Origin: Eledone cirrhosa
Lineage: Eukaryota
Assembly: GCA_964016885.1 (NCBI GenBank)
Contig: OZ024741.1
Coordinates: forward strand, 89,962,001-90,026,000
Reading direction: 5' to 3'
DNA: 64,000 bases
Below the pieces are notes generated by a model. The model was not told where the DNA came from, ran no database searches, and saw only the letters and a list, made by a program, of their open reading frames with translations. Positions 52,356 through 64,000 of this stretch are shown here, piece after piece. Position 1 is the stretch's first letter; each line of letters starts with the position of its first letter. The position numbers and the translations under genes were made by a program.

Positions 52356-53799
52356 ATCCAAAATCACCGGGAGAGATGACCCCTTAGCCTTTGTCAAGGC
52401 AGAATTCTAGGAGAAAGAAAACTCTGATATAACACCTGCAACCCTGATGGTATCCAATGATGTTGACTTGTTCTTCTTTTTGGTAAATATCATCTTGGTT
52501 AAGAGAGTGGGACTGGCTTTGTGCAGTGCCTTTGCTCACTATAAAAGCTTCACGGGACAGGCATTGCTTTATATCTGGAGATCTCTCTGCACTTGTCGTC
52601 ACATGGTACCATGGGCCCAGCACTATGTGTCAATAATTGTCACAGGTGTAGTGTTTGTACCAGAGTTTTCAAGTCGCTGGCTGGACTAAAAAGTCACACT
52701 CGTTTAGCGCATCGGTAGGGGTTCTCCTACATGGATATAAAGTAGTGGCCGTACTCGAAACGAGTTGGCAGCCACCATGTATGTATGTATGTATGTATGT
52801 ATGTATGTATGTATGTATGTATGTATGTATGTATCCAAAATCACCGGGAGAGATGACCCCTTAGCCTTTGTCAAGGCAGAATTCTAGGAGAAGGAAAACT
52901 CTGATATAACACCTGCAACCCTGATGGTATCCAATGATGTTGACTTGTTCTTCTTTTTGGTAAATATCATCTTGGTTAAGAGAGTGGGACTGGCTTTGTG
53001 CAGTACCTTTGCTCACTATAAAAGCTTCACGGCACAGGCATTGCTTTATACCTGGAGATCTCTCTGCACTTGTCGTCACATGGTACCATGGGCCCAGCAC
53101 TATGTGTCAATAATTGTCACAGGTGTAGTGTTTGTACCAGAGTTTTCAAGTCGCTGGCTGGACTAAAAAGTCACACTCGTTTAGCGCATCGGTAGGGTTT
53201 CTCCTACATGGATATAAAGTAGTGGCCGTACTCGAAAACGAGTTGGCAACCACCATGTATGTATGTATGTATGTATGTATGTATGTATGTATGTATGTAT
53301 GTATGTATCCAAAATCACCGGGAGAGATGACCCCTTAGCCTTTGTCAAGGCAGAATTCTAGGAGAAGGAAAACTCTGATATAACACCTGCAACCCTGATG
53401 GTATCCAATGATGTTGACTTGTTCTTCTTTTTGGTAAATATCATCTTGGTTAAGAGAGTGGGAATGGCTTTGTGCAGTGCCTTTGCTCACTATAAAAGCT
53501 TCACGGCACAGGCATTGCTTTATATCTGGAGATCTCTCTGCACTTGTCATCACATGGTACTATGGGTCCAGCACTATGTGTCAATAATTGTCACAAGTGT
53601 AGTGTTTGTACCAGAGTTTTCAAGTCGCTGGCTGGACTAAAAAGTCACACTTGTTCAGCGCATCGGTAGGGGTTCTCCTGCATGGATATAAAGTAGTGGT
53701 CGTACTCGAAAACGAGTTGGCAGCCACCATCTATGTATGTATGTATGTATGTATGTATGTATGTATGTATGTATGTGTGTATGTATGTATGTATGTATG
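52356..53799 (+). repeat. Three tandem ~475-bp units, each ending in (TATG)n; probable RTE-derived non-autonomous element
   Basis: Units start at 52356, 52833 and 53307. Each has a C2H2 remnant (HRCSVCTRVFKSLAGLKSHTRLAHR* at 52641-52718) before GGCAGCCACCA-(TGTA)n. Confidence 0.85.
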
Positions 53800-55990
53800 G
53801 AATATTAAAGCAAGTATTTGGTCCACAACCCTCAAAAATGGCACCATTAAAGTCAAAAGATGGGAACGTGCTCATCAAAGATCCAGCAAGTATTATGAGA
53901 AGGTGGACTGAACATTTTAAAGATCAGTTTGACAATCCATCTGCAGTTGATGAGGAAATTATCAATGGACTGCCGCACAGGGAGACAGTAACAAAGATGA
54001 TGAATGATTCGACTATTGATGAGATAAGGTCTACTATCAAAGAGATAAACACAGGGAAAGCTCCAGGTTTGGATGGAATACTCGTTGAGCTGATTCGCTT
54101 TGGAGGAGACAATGTTGCTATGGCCATTCATCGGCAAGCCTTATCTATATGGGATGGTGAGTATTTCCCGCAAGACTGGCTAGATGCAATTTGGCTCTCG
54201 GTTTAAAAGGGCAAAGGCTCCAAGTCAGAATGCCGTGATTATCGTGGAATAAGTCTGCTCGAATCGGTAGGAAACGTTTTAACCAAGGTCTTTCTGAATC
54301 GTCTAATAAAATGGATTTGCCCTGGTCCCATCCCCGAGACCCAGTGTGGATTCTGAGCTGGGTAGGGTACTATGGATATGATCTTCTCAGCGCATCAGCT
54401 TATTAGGAAGTGTATTGACCAGCAAGTGTTACTTTACCAAGTATTTGTGGACTTTACCAAAACCTTTTATTCTGTTAATCGTAGTGCATGGGGGAAACTC
54501 GGATGCCCTCATGAGTTTGTTTTAATATTCAGAAAACTCCATCAAGATATGAAAGCAAAAGTGAACTTCAATGGGACCACTTTCAAAGCCAATTTCAGTG
54601 GAACACGGTGTTAAACAAGGCAACATACCTGCACCCATTCTCTTCTCCATCTGCTTTGCCGTGCTGCTGACATATGCCATCCAAGATTTTGAAATCGCTG
54701 TATACTTGCGTATTAGAACCTCTGGCAAAGTATTTAATCTAAGACGGTTTAACACCAAGTCCAAAGCTTTTGGCACTCTTGTTAGGGAGTTCCTGTATGC
54801 TGATGATGCAGATTTTGTGGCTCACACAGTAGAGGACATGCAGTTGATATTGGACACCTTTCCAATGCATGCACTGTGTTTGGACTAAATATTAGTCTAA
54901 AAAAGACAAAAGTCATGTACACTCTACCAGTTGAGAAAATGTATGTAGAGCCAGACGTTTTCATGAGAGGAAAAATACTTGAGGTGGTGTATCTCGGAAG
55001 TACACTTAGTAGAGATGGTACCCTCAATGCAGAAATAGATCACCGGATTGCGATTGCAAGTCTTGCCTTCGGGAAGCTTGAGAAGCGAGTCTGGTCAAAT
55101 CGGGGTATCACGAAAAACACAAAGCTCTCTATGTATGAGGCCTGTGTTCTTACAGCCCTGCTAAACATGGACAACTTACAGGAATCCTATCAGGCAGTTG
55201 GAAAGATTCCATCAGCATTGTATACGACGCATCCTGAACAAGTGGTCCTCTTACACACACGATGCTGCTGTACTTGAGAAAGCGGGTAGCAACATTATTG
55301 AGAGGAGGATTATTATGAACCAGATACACTGGACTGATCATGTGGTCAGGATGGAAGATGGAAGGCTGCCTAAACAGCTGTTTTATGCTGACCACAGGAA
55401 AAAGGCCACATCATAAACCAAAAGAAGCGGTTTAAGGATCTCTTAAAAGACAACCATAAAGCTCTGAAGATTGATATGGAGAACTGGGAGAGACTGACTC
55501 AAGGCCGTACACAATGGAGAAAGATCATCACATATGGATGTGATGTCTTTGAGAAAAAGCGAGTGGAGCATGTTGTTTTGAAGCGTTCACTTCATAATCT
55601 GGCCTCAAGTGCAATGCCTACAAAAATTCAGCAAGATTTGAGGTATAATATATGTGGCTGATTTCTTCTAACACGAGCTGGTTTTGTTTACCATCAGAAA
55701 TCATACGAGCCAAGGAGAAATCGAGCCAAATGTGAGGTGGTTCTACTGCCACACACTCCACGGCAAATTTGCTTAATTTGCAAGTCAGCGAGTAGTCTGA
55801 CCAGACATGGTAAAATGCATGAAAACATACCCCTGGCGGTATTGCCAGGAGACAGACAGTTCATGTGTGTCATCTCTGAACATATCTGCAAAACAAAAGC
55901 AGATCTGAAAAGTCACCTGCATGCACATGACCGTGCAATGTTCAATGAAGGGATGGCACTCATGTGACAAGAAGTAGCAATCAACAACAT
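53800..55990 (+). mobile_element. Degenerate RTE (BovB-like) LINE, 5'-truncated, with C-terminal C2H2 fingers
   Basis: RWTEHF, GKAPGLDGI, YRGISLL, FVDFTK, GVKQG..APILF, FLYADDA, YLGSTLS, HVVRMEDGRLPKQLFY; many stops and frameshifts; CAACAAC 3' end. Confidence 0.9.
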
Positions 55991-56348
55991 GAACTTGTCG
56001 TCACATGGTACCATGGGCCTAGCACTATGTGTCAATAATTGTCACAGGTGTAGTGTTTGTACCAGAGTTTTCAAGTCGCTGGCTGGACTAAAAAGTCACA
56101 CTTGTTCAGCGCATCGGTAGGGGTTCTCCTACGTGGATATAAAGTAGTGGCCGTACTCGAAAACGAGTTGGCAGCCACCATGTATGTATGTATATCAGGT
56201 CGGTCTTTTGCGCTATTGGTAACATGTAACCCAGTTCCTGCGCATGGTCGAGTCGTCGGCGACAAAACCAGCAACCCTACAAAACTTGCTTTGTGAAGAG
56301 GGTGATGTAGACCAGTTCATCTTGTTGGGCAAATGCATTCTATATTCA

Positions 56349-59100
56349 TGTATGTTCTTCTGGTTTTATAATTTCACAAATTTTTGCCAATAGAGAGAGA
56401 GTCGGCTTCTAACATAGACACAAGGCTCTCTCATTGGAATTTACACAACATCAACTAGCTAGATATGTCTGCATGTCTGCATGCATGTGTAGATATGGAT
56501 GTTATTGTATGTGTGGATGTGTATGTTTTGAGTTGTATGTGTGCATGTGTATGTGCTTAGTATCTGTATATGTGTATATGTAGTTATTAGATGCAACATT
56601 TTTGGAATGTTTTACATATTTTTACTGTTCCATTAATGGATTGTACTTGTAATTTCCTAACTAGTTGTGTTCTTTCTGTTTCTGTGAAGCCCAGCTTCTC
56701 AAGATTTGTATTGAGGCAGTTACGAATATATCCCAGTGCCCCAATAATCACAGGCATAAATCTGAAGGTATAATCAGGGTGGAGTATCTGCAGATTTCTC
56801 ATCAGTTCTGCATAAATATTCTCCTTTTCGCTAATCTTTGATATTATATTTGCATCCGCTGGGCAGCTAATTTCCACTACTGTGCATGCCTTCTTTTCCC
56901 TGTCCTATATCAGAATATCTGGTCTGTTATGCCTGCATTTTATTGGGATTTTTACTGGAACATTCCACCAGTACTCTTTCATATTATGTACGTGTATGTT
57001 TTTCACATTGTTGTAGCTTTTAATGTGTTTATTATCGGGGCTATCTTTTCTACGGATTGCATTGTACAGTGTTTCGGCCACTACATCATGCCTCATAGGT
57101 AGCGCGATGACATCTTTAGACAGTTGCTTATGACATGGGTGACATCTTCGATGTTATTTCTGCAGAGTCTGCACTTGTCATCACATCTAGGTGTTTTGCC
57201 TGCATCCCTATCTCTTTTGTGAATCAGGTATTTCGTGTTGATTTCCTGTTCTTGGATTGAAAAGCGTATCCTTCAAAGTGGGAGCCAATATAGCGGTTGT
57301 TGGTCCAAGATAGATTACTTTCTTTATCTATATTACTCTCACTCTGGAGCTTCCTGGCAACATATTCATTTTTGCTGATAAGCATGCAGTTTTTCATCTA
57401 TGGATTCACTGCGATACTGCTGAGCAACTTCCCTGGGTGTGAGTTTTTGATTACCACACAGGGAATACCTCTCAAGGAGTTCTTTTCCAACTCTCATGAT
57501 CTAATCTGTTTCATGCAGATAGACTTGCTCGAGAGACGGGCTCCTACGCATTGAGGTTCATAGATGTCGGAGAGATATGACGCGACATTCAAATGCTGTC
57601 TAGACTAATATTATGCCTCTGCCTCCCTGCTTACGTTTCAAGTAAAGGCGGTCTATGTCACTGTTGATGTGGAAGTTTCCGGTGTTGTTTAGTATTTTTA
57701 GAGTTCTAGCATCAATCGCTCGGATTTCGTCTATCGTCCAATCGAGTATTCCAAACGTTGGTGTTAGGACAGGCACAGCAAACACATTGTGAGCCACTGT
57801 TTTGTTTTACGCAGAGAGTTCCGATGACCATATCTTTCTTAATCGGGTGTAGTATTCCCTGGTTACGCGTCCCTTATTACAGATACCATTATAGGATATG
57901 TTCTCATCTATCCCCAGGTATCTGTAGCAGTCCTCATTAGATATCGGTGAAACAGTTAGGCCATTGATACAAATGTTGCTAGATTGGGTTGTTGTTTTTC
58001 CTCGCTTTACAGTCATATATGAGCATTTATCTTGGCCAAACTCCATTCCTATATCCTTTGAGAATGTTGTAACCAGGTCAAGATTTTTCTTCATCTCATC
58101 CATGTTCTTGGCATAGAGTTTCAGATCATCCACAAAGAAATTATCGGTTAGGTTCGTATTTCTGTCCTCCTGTGAGCCAATGATTTATCCTTCACATTTC
58201 TTGAGCAGAAAGGACAAGGGGTTTAATGACAGGATGAATAATATCACAGAGAGACTGTCTCCCTGAAATATACCCCTGCGATATTTTATTTTATCAGTGA
58301 AAATAGCGTCCTCCTTCTCTGTCTTTAACTTTAGGATAGTAGCCCAAGAAGACAGCTTCTCTATGGCTCTGATATTAATGTCTGGGGCTTTAGTAAGTCG
58401 GGGGGCCCTCTATCATCCAAGAGTGGGGAACAGAATCGAAAGCTTTCCTGTAGTCCAGCCAGACTGTAACCATATTCCTCCTAAGTTGTCGCACCTCCGA
58501 CATCGCAGTTTTGTTGATTAGGAGTTGTTCAGCACATCCCCAAACCCCTTTCTTTCCAGCTGCTTGTTCATCTGTGATGATGTTATTATTTTCACAGTGA
58601 TCTTGAAGGAATAGGTTCAGGCAGGCTGTATATTTTTGCCAGGTGGGTGTCTTTGTTCTTGGGGACCAGTAATATTTGTGCTAATGTCAACCATTCTGGT
58701 ATAAGTGTATCTCCCTTAAGAACTTGTTGGTAGAGGTAGGTAAGATACCTCCGATAGAATATCAGTTTTTTTGTACCAGTAGCCGACAATCATGTCTCTT
58801 TCTGGTGTTTTCTTATCTTGGAGTTTTCCTATCACAGTCTCAAGGGGACCCTCACTTATTTCGTATGTTTTTGATGTAGTGTGGGAGCAATAGTTCTTTC
58901 GGATTTCTTTTAGCCACACTGCATCTTGGTTGAAATTCTTCTTTTCACCCCATATTTTGCTCCAAAAGGAATCTATGTCTTTCTGGGATGAGGCCTCAGT
59001 GACACTTATTATTTTGTTCTTCATATCTCTATAGACTGATGTTTGGTTTCTCTCATCTACCTTCTTCGGGTATCGACCTTTTTCGCTAACAGCTCTCAAT
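56349..59100 (-). mobile_element. R4/Dong-clade non-LTR retrotransposon copy 2 (longer, with RT), degenerate
   Basis: RGIFQGDSLS, FVDDLKLY, YRYLGI. The 3' ~1.65 kb is closely similar to 50488-52158. Confidence 0.88.
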
Positions 59101-60699
59101 TCTTGACCTGATGGTTGCTCGCGTAAATGTAGGTGGAAATCTGTCTGAACCCAGAAATTTGAAGCATGGAGATATTCCTGCTCTTACATAGTTTGCTTTA
59201 TACTTTGCAATGGTATTTAAACCGGTTTTTATGGACTGTCAGCATAGTAGTGATGACACTGAAGTTCAAGATAAAAGAATCTATAAGAAAATAACATGTA
59301 TTAAGTTTAATGCGAATAAACTAAAAGATCCCAAACTTGAAGCCATGCTTGAGGCCAGCGTGGGTGGCAGCTCTCAACTTACTAGAGGAAGAAGTAAACT
59401 TTCTGACTGATAACATTAAGGAAGCACTTCATGTAACAGCACTAAAAGTGCTGGAGAAAAGAAGACAGAAAAATAAACTATAGGTCATTAATGACATTAT
59501 GGACCCTATGTGTTTTAATACAGGACCCGAAGAAGAACATGTTAACGTAGTATGTTGAATGCGTATGGACGTATGGTTGTGATCTCGTGTTAATGTTGTA
59601 TGCATATTGTTGTGTATGTGTGTTGACGCGATTATATGTTAGTGCGAGTGTGAGTGCATTTGTGTCAGTGAGTGAGTGAGTGAGAGTGTGTGTGCATTTG
59701 TGTAAGTGCATATATGAGTGTGTCATAAGAGCGTTTACGTTAAGCTCTGAGTGTTTAATAAATGTATGCAGTAATTATTTTTGTTGGTGTGGCTGGGTGT
59801 TGGAGTGATTGGTTGTCAATGGGTGTCAATTGTATCCCAACATCAAAGTGTGGGTGGAGAAAAAACTTCAGATCATCCTTATAAATTTGCAATTCAATTT
59901 CAGATTATTACATTTGACATTATTTATATTGTTTTCATACACGCCTTTGGTTCAAATGAAAAAATAAGCTGTCTACTTGATGTTAATGTGTTGAAAAGAA
60001 CAATATACAGAAGACATTTATGGACTACTGACGTGCTGTTTATGAACTCTTAACGTCCGGTACCACATAAAAACGCATTAGCAAAACATTTTTTAAAAGT
60101 ACAAAACTGCACCATGATCGCACCATATTTAAAATTAAAGTCTGTATTCCAATACGGCAAATTTTCACAAACCTTTTTACTAGTAAATATACTATTAAAG
60201 TTTCAATTAACAAACCTGTTTTTTAGACATTTTCTGCTAAATCATTTCAGGATTTTAAGATTTAATATTTCCAAATGTACACTAAACTTCAGGCATTTGA
60301 GAGCCGCAAGAGGAATAAAAATTATATACATCCTTATTGTTACACCCCCTTTGCTGTATTTAAATATAAAGAAATACATCTATGTGATAAATTTACTTGT
60401 ATATGTAACTGTTTTAAAAGCTCCATATCTACATTAGTTTCAATAATCACAATGTGCACACATATATACGAAATGTTTTCACATTTTTGGCTGACGAATT
60501 TTAAAACTATATTATGTGCATTTAATACTACAATGAATAACAGGAATATCTCAGAAAAATATGTAAATTGTATTTCAGTTATATAAAATTAAGTAACGCT
60601 CCCCTACGCACAAAAAAAAAAAAAAAATAAATAAAATAAAATAAAATAAAACTTAGCGTAGAGGGTAGATATTGTAATTGTATCTATTTGTCTTAGAAA

Positions 60700-62200
60700 A
60701 TATTTGATCAAAATTACGCAGGAAAATATGTAAAAAAGCAAATCTATGAGAAAAATCCAGTATCTGCTATTGAAATATATGTCCTTCTGCAGTTCCTTTA
60801 ATTTCATTTTTATAACAGAGAATTTTGTAACGAGAGTTTGGAGAATCTGACAACCATTATTGACCTTACCAATCACGAATGGATTTACAGGGAGCCAGTT
60901 TCTACAAATCATATATCTTGTCTAATAAATTAGCAAGCAGTCCTTGTAATTTTGTAGACTTTTATTTTAATACCAAGGAATGATATTAAGATTGGCAAAG
61001 TGATGACTGAACTTCCTTGAAAATATGTTACTGAAAAATTATTATTTTATTCTGTAAGCTGAAAATTGCCTGAGCAAGATCAGAAACAATATTATGTATC
61101 CTTCACTTGGAGTGCCACGATGAGAATTTTTAGATGGTTTATTATATCAATAAGAAACATCAGATCCATTTAACATGTTCCAGTTAAAGATAGATCATTT
61201 CATTTCTTTTATAAAAATAATTGTTTTGGGAGAGAGGAGGGAAAATCACTTATATCGGCTCCAGTGCTTGCTTGGCTAATACTAAATTTTATCGATCTCG
61301 GGAGAATGAAAGGTAAAGTTGACCTCGGTGGGATTTGAACTCAGATAGTTGAGACACAGAATAAATACTGCCAAGCATTTGTCCGACACTCTAACATTTC
61401 TGCAAATCAATAGCCCCCTTTTTAGAAAAGTAATAATTGTTTCTACTTTTGGCACAAGGAAGACAGCAATTATCCAGTGCATTACTGGTACTTTATTTGA
61501 TCGACCCCGTAAGGATGAAAGGCAAAGTTAACCTCGGCGGGATGTGAACTCAGACCGTAAAGGGACGTAACTCTATTCTGCATAGCATAGCGTCCGACCC
61601 TCTACCAATCCACCATAAACGCCGATAATAATAATATGTTCTTTTTAAAAAGTGACAATAAGCTCCAGCAGATGCACAAACCTACTCAAGACATTGCTCT
61701 TTGGTAGCCATCTCAACGCATTAGAAAGCAAAATTACTGGAGTTTTGTTTTCGAGCTGCAGTTCTTCAATAATTTTTTTGAACTGCTATCAATGGCTCTT
61801 CCCATTTAAGCATATGAAGTTAACAATTTCAAGAACAGATTTCATAATATTTCTATACTTGAAGTACCTGACTGCTACGTGTTCTAGATAATTCTGATCA
61901 TTTTTCAAAACTGCAATTTATCCCGATTTTCTCCATCTTTGCAGATGTATTATCTGTTGCAACACTAACAAATTTATTCAGCGGAAGATTCATTAAGGTT
62001 CTGTCAACTGCATTTTTAATGTCATAACAACTGGTTATTTATTTTAATCACATTAAACAAAAGCTACCAGTTGTGGGTTGTCTTGTCTATAGGTTTGTAT
62101 AAAACTGAGCTCAATACAATAGAATTCTTTAAATCCTTTTGCATTTAGCCTACATCAACACTGATTTGGTAGATACGCCTTTCTGTACTGCATCTCGCTC
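60700..62200 (-). pseudogene. Degenerate hAT (Charlie/SPIN-like) transposase, interrupted by SINEs at ~61230-61615
   Basis: Minus-strand remnants LPLNKFVSVATDNTS (cf. LxWxKLVSxxTDGA) and RWLPKSNVLSRF (cf. RWLSxGxVLxRF). Confidence 0.55.
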
Positions 62201-62544
62201 AAGGAGGGAACACTGTAAAGTGGACTTATGCAGCAGGTGTCAATGGTTATTTTCCGCAACAATACCTTCGTTTTTCACCTAATGCGGGCCCTAGGAGATC
62301 AAGAAGTTGAGATCACAAGTTGAGATCAAAAGTTGAGATCAAAAAGTGTTATGTGCATAACACTCCCTGAAACATAAGTACACACACGGACATCCTCAAC
62401 AGACACACACGGACATCCTCAGGGAAGTGACGTAATGCAGACATACAGACAGATATTATAAGGGCGCGACGTTATATGTATGTATCTATCTAAAAAGAGA
62501 AAGACTAAGAATTATAGAGAGAGATCGCTAAATCGCATAATGCG

Positions 62545-63512
62545 ATTATTGGTGCTTTACTTTATCGACCTCGTAAGGATGAAAGACAAAGCTGTCCTCG
62601 GCGGGATTTGAACTCACAACGTAAAGGCCCATAACTCTATGCTGCAAAGCATGGTGTCCGACGCTCTACGGATATGCCAATTCTCCACCCTAATGATAAT
62701 AATTGTTTCTACTTTTGGCACAAGGCCAGAAATTATCCCAGTACGTTACTGGTACTTTATTTTAATAATAATTTCTTATATAGGCACAAGGCCAGCAATT
62801 TTGGGTGAGGGGAAGCCGATTACATCGACCCCAGTGCGAGATTGGTACTTTATTTTATCGACCCCATAAGGATGAAAGGCAAAGTTAACCTCGGCGGGAT
62901 TTGAACTCAGACCGTAAAGGGCCATAACTCTATGCTGCAAAGCGTGGCGTCCGACCCTCTACCGAAACTGCCAATCCACCGCCCTTAATAATTGTTTCTT
63001 ATATAGGCACAAGGCCAGCAATTTTGGGGGAGGGGAAAGTCGATTAAATCGACTCCAGTGCGTGACTGGTACTTTATTTTATCGACCCCGTAAGGATGAA
63101 AGGCAAAGTTAACTTCGGCGGGATTTGAACTCAGATCATAGAGGACCGTAACTCTATGCGTCAAAGCATGGTGTCCGGCCCTCTACCGATACTGCCAATC
63201 CACCGCCCTTAATAATAATAGTAATAATAATAATAACAACAAAACAACAACGACAACAAAAATCCTTTCTACTTTGTGATAGAGCCAGCAGTTAGAAGAG
63301 GAGGAAGAAAGTCTATTAAATTGACCCCAGTGGGTTGACCTCGGCAGGATTTAAACTCACAACATAAAGCACGAGTACAAACACCGCAAATCATTTTGTC
63401 CGACGTTCTAAAAATTCTGCCAATCCAATTTAAGCACAAGGTCAGCAGTTTTGGGGGAGGGTAAAGTCGATTAAAGTAACGCTCTACTGATACTGCCAAT
63501 CCACCCGCCCTT
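62545..63512 (-). mobile_element. Cluster of ~6 same-orientation full or partial major SINEs
   Basis: Copies at ~62545-62690, 62697-62762, 62770-62985, 62987-63210, 63270-63425 and 63430-63512. Confidence 0.85.
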
Positions 63513-63597
63513 AAATAATAATGATAACAACAAATAACAACAGTAACAACACCCCCACCACCAACAATAATAATAATAATGTTTTCAATAATGATGA

Positions 63598-64000
63598 TAA
63601 TAATTTCTTTATTGGCCACAAGAGCTTACATATAGGGGACAATACAAAGACAGGGACAATGGTTTTCTTTTACATATAACAACGTGTAAACAATAAATAA
63701 CAATAACAAAATAACAATAAAATTAAAACAAATTATATTCCTCAATAGGGCAGTATAACCAACTAGGGTTGACTCAGGAACCCAACCAATCCTGTATTAC
63801 CTGATGCTCCGAGTGCATCTTCCGTATGGATTCGGTTGATAGCCTGATTCATTCCACACGTGATAGCGGAAGACTGCCCCCCCCCCCCCCCGACGACAAG
63901 CGACAACCTCTTAGCTAACACCTTGATCAAAATCTTAAACTCTGTGTTTAACAGTGTTATGCGCCTGAAATTATCTAAAGTATCCCTCTTGCTCTCGTCT
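63598..64000 (-). mobile_element. L1/Tx1-like LINE remnant (RT N-terminal motif joined to a 3' end)
   Basis: The minus strand reads DNFRRITLLNTEFKILIKVLAKRL (cf. NxRPIxLLNxDYKILxKxLAxRL); AATAAA near 63605-63610. Confidence 0.65.

Noticed and set aside
52356-53799. CRISPR-like repeat/spacer pattern
   Set aside because: The long segments are near-identical to each other and the separators are simple (TATG)n tails.

Overview
AT-rich, repeat-dominated animal DNA; the SINE families, (TA)n/(CA)n/(GA)n density and LINE repertoire suggest an octopod cephalopod (inference). One convincing host gene was built by hand because the ORF track misses it: a 4-exon MICOS13/MIC13 (QIL1) on the minus strand (48513->38919, 109 aa). 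The most striking feature is a 9-kb array of ~334 27-bp units (5349-14366). The long minus-strand ORFs in the track are probably its antisense shadow. The only frame I read as stop-free across the whole array is an unannotated plus-strand frame, (VIHYS[N/H]PPK)n. It begins just after a canonical splice acceptor (5340) and ends TC-stop at 14375, so it is a candidate ~3,000-aa His/Tyr/Pro/Lys repeat structural or adhesive protein exon. The rest is mobile DNA: Penelope-like elements (PLEs) with hammerhead ribozymes, including several (TA)n-embedded hairpin derivatives sharing a tail motif; RTE, R4/Dong, CRE, Hero, Vingi-like, CR1-like and Tx1-like LINE remnants; >20 copies of one tRNA-derived SINE; and several MITEs. 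Element boundaries were read by eye and are approximate unless a TSD or splice site is quoted.
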